Of a DNA stretch of 40,583 bases, positions 36,685 to 40,583 are shown one piece after another (position 1 is the first letter of the stretch; each line of letters starts with the position of its first letter). Position numbers and translations under genes: made by a program. The DNA lies in NCBI GenBank assembly GCA_964657905.1, contig CAZZXJ010000001.1, positions 1 to 40,583 of the forward strand, written 5' to 3'. Source of the stretch: an uncultured Stigonema sp. (GTDB lineage Bacteria; Cyanobacteriota; Cyanobacteriia; Cyanobacteriales; Nostocaceae). The notes under the pieces are model-generated. The model saw only the letters and a program-made list of their open reading frames with translations. It was not told the origin of the DNA and did no database searches.

Positions 36685-37527
36685 TTATGAACTGGAGGTA
36701 TAGGTTTTGCCTAAGTTGGAAAAAAGTGTCTCCCAGTCGATCACTGACGGTCTCGGACCTTGGTTTACCAGTTCAAAAACTTGCCCTTCACAAGATGGGT
36801 TCTGAGCGCATTCTACACAAGCGGCTGCCACGTCGATGCGGCTGGCATCACCTGAGAGTGTATCGCCCGTGCCTAATACCACACCAAACTTGCCCTCTGT
36901 TTTTGCCTTCAACAAAGTATTGAGGTCGTAAGACGTATAAGGGCCGTCGATAAGGCGTCCTGGCCGGATAATGGTGTATGGTAATCCCGAACTGATGATG
37001 GCTTCTTCCCCCTTATGTTTGCCATCAAGTACACCGAACGCGTTGAGAATGCTAAAAGGAAGTTTGTCCTTACGGAGAATTCCGACCGAAGACACGAAAA
37101 CAAACCGCTTTAGATTGAGAGGTGCTGCTGCTACTAAGTTGCTAACACCTTGTGCATCAACCGAGTCAGGACTGTTCTTTGCTTTTGCTTGACTATATTT
37201 GGGGTCAAGAAACAGATGAACCCATTCAATCAAGTTAGGGGTTTGGTCAAACTCCCATCGAGCAGAGGGAAAAGCAGTAGTCCCTGTACAACATATGATG
37301 TGGGTGACATCTTGCATCGCTGCCGAGAGTGTCATCGGGTCGCGCACATCACCGACAGCAATTTCTACTCTGTCATTAAACATCCTTTGGGCTTTTGCAG
37401 TATTGCGAGTCACGATACGAACTCTAAAGCCTTTGTTTAGCAAATTGCCTACTACCAACTGCCCTACTCCACCAGTAGCACCAGTAATTAGCACTAAATC
37501 CTCAACGGACACTCCCATAGAAGTCAT
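36685..37527 (-). CDS. NAD(P)-binding SDR-superfamily protein (NmrA/atypical-SDR-like)
   Basis: 280 aa. N-terminal Rossmann motif LITGATGGVGQLVVGNLLNKGFRVRIVTRN, and a later IICCTG segment. An alternative start is the ATG at 37518. Confidence 0.8.
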   Translation of the reverse strand: MTSMGVSVEDLVLITGATGGVGQLVVGNLLNKGFRVRIVTRNTAKAQRMFNDRVEIAVGDVRDPMTLSAAMQDVTHIICCTGTTAFPSARWEFDQTPNLIEWVHLFLDPKYSQAKAKNSPDSVDAQGVSNLVAAAPLNLKRFVFVSSVGILRKDKLPFSILNAFGVLDGKHKGEEAIISSGLPYTIIRPGRLIDGPYTSYDLNTLLKAKTEGKFGVVLGTGDTLSGDASRIDVAAACVECAQNPSCEGQVFELVNQGPRPSVIDWETLFSNLGKTYTSSS

Positions 37528-37558
37528 AAGTGTACCTCAGATAGTGAGATTGCTATTG

Positions 37559-37712
37559 CAGGGCTATTTCATTCTATTTTTATGCCCGTGTTTCACGAAG
37601 ATTTTCGGTAAAAACCAAAATTTAGCAACCGAACCCACCCCTGAAAAATGCCCATTTTGGGCTAATTAACCCCGCACCATAAAAAGTGACATTTTAGAAT
37701 GAAATAGCCCTG
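37559..37712. mobile_element. 154-bp MITE with perfect 18-bp terminal inverted repeats and a 9-bp target-site duplication
   Basis: The TIRs cagggctatttcattcta (37559-37576) and tagaatgaaatagccctg (37695-37712) are exact reverse complements. The element is flanked by direct repeats ttgctattg at 37550-37558 and 37713-37721. It is intergenic and has no coding capacity. Confidence 0.8.
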
Positions 37713-37861
37713 TTGCTATTGTGCCTGATCTAGCTTTGGGTGAAAACAAGAGCGGTAAACGGAGGGGTAAAGAAACCCGGTTTCGGGTCTGGTACTTATC
37801 TGAACATTATTGCTCTTTAAGGTACTCTCCAAATTATATTGGGCGATAAGAATGATGCGTT

Positions 37862-38950
37862 CTAATTGTGGCTATTGCCTACAATAACTGGATTGCGAAA
37901 ATGCCCGTTCTTCTTTGCAAATGGCGCAGCCAAAATTTTTCGATAAACTGCTTCATAGCCATCAGTCATTTTCTGAGCGCTGAAACGGTTCCACACATGG
38001 TCGCGACATGCATGGCGGTCTAGTTCAGCAACCTTGCTAACCGCACTGACGCATTCCTCAAAGCTATGGCAGAGGTAACCCGTCTTTCCGTGGGCGATCA
38101 CCTCTTCTGTCGATCCTAGTTTCATGGCAATCACTGGCGTACCAGCTGCCATTGATTCAACCATCACCAACCCAAACGGTTCTCTCCAGGTGATGGGGAA
38201 GAGAGTTGCTACCGCACCACCCATCAATGCATTCTTTTGAGCATGGTTTGCTTCACCCAGGTACTCAATCTGCTTGCCATCAAGATGAGGCTTGATTTCC
38301 TTTTCAAAGTATTCCACATCAACGACATCCACCTTACCTGCCATTTTCAAGTTCCAGCCTGTTTGTTTGGCAATCGCGATCGCTAGGTGCGGTCCCTTTT
38401 CTGGAGATAACCGACCCAGAAACGCTAGGTATGGCTGATTGTCAGGTTGGGCATAATACTCATAACTGCTGACATCAATTCCGTTGTATACCGTCGCTAC
38501 ACAGTTGAGATCTAACCTTGGTTCCCGCTGTGCGTCAGAAATACTCACGTATGGTTGATTTTTTGCATATTTAAACATCTTTTCGTTGTCATGAGTAAAA
38601 ATCCCGTGCAACGTGTGAACTGTGGGAGTTTTTACCAGCTTGGCGTATGGTAGTGCTGCATAGCCCATGTGAGAGTGAATAATGTCAAACTCTTCTACTT
38701 GCTCATAGACTCGACTCAGTTGTAGCATTTCATAAATGTTGTACTCCTTGATAGTGGGATCAAGTCGTAGGGCGCGGGGATGAACTGATTCGAGTTTTGC
38801 CAGACTAATAGAATCTCCTGATGCAAAGAGCGTTACTTCGTGTCCACGTCGGACTAACTCATCGGTCAGCAGCCCCACTACTAACTCAATGCCACCATAA
38901 GCTGGAGGCGGTACTCTCTCCCATAATGGAGCCACCTGAGCAATCCGCAT
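37862..38950 (-). CDS. GT4-family (group 1) glycosyltransferase
   Basis: 362 aa. N-terminal MRIAQVAPLWERVPPPAYGGIELVVGLLTDELVRRGHEVTLFASGDS and C-terminal EPFGLVMVESMAAGTPVIA (EX7E-type region). A strong SD (AGGAGG) lies 8 nt upstream of the ATG. Confidence 0.88.
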   Translation of the reverse strand: MRIAQVAPLWERVPPPAYGGIELVVGLLTDELVRRGHEVTLFASGDSISLAKLESVHPRALRLDPTIKEYNIYEMLQLSRVYEQVEEFDIIHSHMGYAALPYAKLVKTPTVHTLHGIFTHDNEKMFKYAKNQPYVSISDAQREPRLDLNCVATVYNGIDVSSYEYYAQPDNQPYLAFLGRLSPEKGPHLAIAIAKQTGWNLKMAGKVDVVDVEYFEKEIKPHLDGKQIEYLGEANHAQKNALMGGAVATLFPITWREPFGLVMVESMAAGTPVIAMKLGSTEEVIAHGKTGYLCHSFEECVSAVSKVAELDRHACRDHVWNRFSAQKMTDGYEAVYRKILAAPFAKKNGHFRNPVIVGNSHN

Positions 38951-39446
38951 AAAAGACCTCCTGAAAAGAAAGATTTAAAGAAAATCGCTTACGTCTTACT
39001 AAAGAAAGAATGATTCAAATCTACTAACTCTGCATGAGAATTAAGTTTGAATAGAACATTAGTAAGGATATAATAATTACTTTATATCTACCTGAACTAA
39101 TTTTCGTCTATCCTAGGTTGGGAAATTGTGTTGTTACCAACAAAAAATTTTATTAGATCTATTTCTTATTTAAATATGTTTGTTATCTCCATAGGACGAT
39201 TACAAATAACTCAAAATAAGTATATTTAGCATCTCTGTTTCTAAAAGAATATAAAGAAAGTTCGAGGAAACTATACAAAGTAGTATCTAGTAGTGTGCTA
39301 TTAGCAACCAGTAAGCAGATATGTTTAAAGATTGGTAACTTAAACTGCCAAAGGTTTATGGATATCGCTAGAATACAAATAACTAGTGCAGCGCGGCGTA
39401 AATAAAGCAACCATTTCAAACAGGTACAAGCCTTGATAGATAAAGC

Positions 39447-39467
39447 TTTTGACTTTTGACTTTTGAC
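39447..39467. repeat. STRR-like tandem heptamer (TTTTGAC) x3
   Basis: Three perfect tandem copies. The reverse-complement heptamer (GTCAAAA) occurs about twice in tandem at 1954-1967. Confidence 0.8.
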
Positions 39468-39631
39468 GAACGCCTTGCGGGACTAGTCATGTGCATTGTG
39501 GTTAAAAAGCGAGAAACAAAGGATAAATTTCCTGTTTGTACTGGCTTAATGTGAGGAGAGTTTGATTTTTAACCGAGAATAAGTAGAAAGAGCGCAAATA
39601 ACATTAAGTATGTAAATAAATTTTCAGCGTA

Positions 39632-39657
39632 GGGTGTGTTAGCGAAGCGTAACACAC
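39632..39657. repeat. Small hairpin repeat ggtgtgtta-gcgaagcg-taacacacc, copy 1
   Basis: 9-bp perfect stem. A degenerate second copy with the same flanks (gtaggg...) is at 40189-40215. Confidence 0.7.
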
Positions 39658-39730
39658 CAAAGTTGTCAATTATGGTGCGCTGGGCAAATGCCCTAACGCA
39701 ACGGTAATTATGACGGGCGGATTCCGTCGG

Positions 39731-39916
39731 TCATCCTGCCTCCCCTACGGAGATAATACAATTGTTTACATACATCTCTTTTTCATCGCCTAAAGTTTTC
39801 CCTGTTTTCAAGTTCCACAGATTGACTGTTGTGTCATTGCTTGCACTGGCAAAGGTTTGACTGTCGGGACTGATAGCGATCGCAATAAGCGGCTGCACCA
39901 GCAACAGCGCCACCAC
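39731..39916 (-). pseudogene. WD40-repeat gene fragment (single blade remnant)
   Basis: The translation contains ISPDSQTFASASNDTTVNLWNLKTGK, a typical WD40 blade of cyanobacterial WD-repeat proteins. Only one repeat is present, followed by a short unrelated tail and a stop. It overlaps the Gly-rich ORF in another frame. Confidence 0.45.
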
Positions 39917-40055
39917 CGACTACAGGCGCTGCCCCTATTCCGACTGCTCCAAATCCTCCGGCTAATCCCATCCCGCCTACCGTTGCGGAAACACCTGCGC
40001 CTGCTACGGTTCCTCCTGCAATAAATGCTGCACCTGTTCTGGAGTTTTCTGCCAT
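39834..40055 (-). CDS. Small glycine/alanine-rich ORF (73 aa), uncertain
   Basis: ATG start. The sequence is MAENSRTGAAFIAGGTVAGAGVSATVGGMGLAGGFGAVGIGAAPVVGGGAVAGAAA, glycine-zipper-like. The C-terminal 20 aa overlap the WD40 fragment out of frame. There is no clear SD. Confidence 0.3.
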   Translation of the reverse strand: MAENSRTGAAFIAGGTVAGAGVSATVGGMGLAGGFGAVGIGAAPVVGGGAVAGAAAYCDRYQSRQSNLCQCKQ

Positions 40056-40188
40056 TTGTTTTCGTTCTCAGGAGTTTACATTTGTTAAAGGATAGACTTG
40101 GTAAAGTTTTGCTGATTTGTAAAAATCAATGAAATCTTGATGGGATGTATGAATTTTGGATAAAAACGAATCACACAGACGCAGAGTA

Positions 40189-40215
40189 GGGTGTTTTAGC
40201 AGAGCGTAACGCACC
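40189..40215. repeat. Small hairpin repeat ggtgtttta-gcagagcg-taacgcacc, copy 2 (degenerate)
   Basis: Aligns with 39632-39657, including the upstream gtagg. The stem has one G-U pair and one mismatch. Confidence 0.6.
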
Positions 40216-40416
40216 ACTGGTATTGTCCAATTCATCTATGAAGGTGTTAAAGAAACGAACCGCCAAGACAAGGCAGTGCGTTGGACGAGTTCCCAGGCTT
40301 GAAGCAACTGCCGCGCCAAAGACGCCAAGGAAGAAGGGTGAGGTGCGATCGCAATCTTCTAATTCCGCATTAAGAATTTACTCTGAGGGGGATGCAGGAA
40401 GCAGTAAATATTTTTT

Positions 40417-40581
40417 CTAGGGTGTCGTTGAGCTAATCAGTTGAGTTTTCATGTCGGCTAACTCAGCCTCAACCTCAAGCATTAGTTTGACATTTTCTAG
40501 AGCAGTTAAGTTGCTTTTGAGGACTTTAACTGTTGCTTCCTGTTGCTCAAGCTGAGTTTTGATTGCAGTTGCAATTTTACC
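40417..40581 (-). CDS. 3' end of a coiled-coil protein gene truncated by the window edge
   Basis: Not in the ORF track because it has no start in the window. My own translation of the minus strand gives an open frame from the window edge to the TAG at 40417-40419: GKIATAIKTQLEQQEATVKVLKSNLTALENVKLMLEVEAELADMKTQLISSTTP. It is heptad-like. Confidence 0.35.
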   Translation of the reverse strand, partial: GKIATAIKTQLEQQEATVKVLKSNLTALENVKLMLEVEAELADMKTQLISSTTP

Positions 40582-40583
40582 TT

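Noticed and set aside
37295-37669. 124-aa plus-strand ORF spanning the SDR gene start and the MITE
   Set aside because: It is antisense to a well-supported CDS and runs into a non-coding mobile element. It is a spurious ORF.
39183-39419. 78-aa minus-strand ORF in an AT-rich intergenic region
   Set aside because: It has extreme AT bias, a low-complexity hydrophobic translation, and no ribosome-binding site or motif. It is most likely non-coding promoter-region sequence of the GT4 gene.
40223-40420. 65-aa plus-strand ORF near the window end
   Set aside because: It is Lys/Arg-rich and low-complexity, it overlaps a repeat copy and a HIP1 site, and it converges on the better-supported minus-strand coiled-coil ORF.

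Overview
This window looks like a cyanobacterial, Nostocales-like chromosome segment. It carries 16 perfect HIP1 octamers (GCGATCGC, under 1 expected by chance), TTTTGAC heptamer repeats and small palindromic repeats of the type I associate with Nostoc. The core (3284-32357, minus strand) is a roughly 29-kb, six-gene, tightly packed hybrid NRPS-PKS-glycosyltransferase operon. In transcription order the genes are: (1) docking, C-domain scar, vestigial A_sub, FAAL-like acyl-AMP ligase (AL), KR, T; (2) docking, C, catalytically dead A domain, AL, KR, T; (3) C-A(Val-like)-T-C-A(Leu)-T; (4) KS-AT(malonyl)-ACP-TE; (5) a GT1 glycosyltransferase; (6) vestigial A_sub, AL, KR, T, C. The main unusual feature is an AL-KR cassette that occurs three times. 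Each copy sits between two Lys-less A10-like remnants, and in one copy it lies behind a complete but dead canonical A domain. The megasynthase genes also show recent recombination: 206-nt and 245-nt tracts of 100% identity, a deletion scar, and a 30-nt perfect palindrome inserted in frame in the AT domain. A divergently transcribed TetR / DHA2-MFS / glycine-zipper membrane protein set lies upstream of the operon. The flanks hold an SLH-domain protein, two small conserved-looking hypothetical ORFs, msrA, an SDR, a GT4 glycosyltransferase, a 154-bp MITE with 18-bp TIRs and a 9-bp TSD, several repeat elements, a WD40 gene fragment and a truncated coiled-coil ORF at the window edge. No tRNA, rRNA, CRISPR array or transposase gene was recognised. 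All domain calls come from manual motif reading of the supplied translations. No database search was possible.
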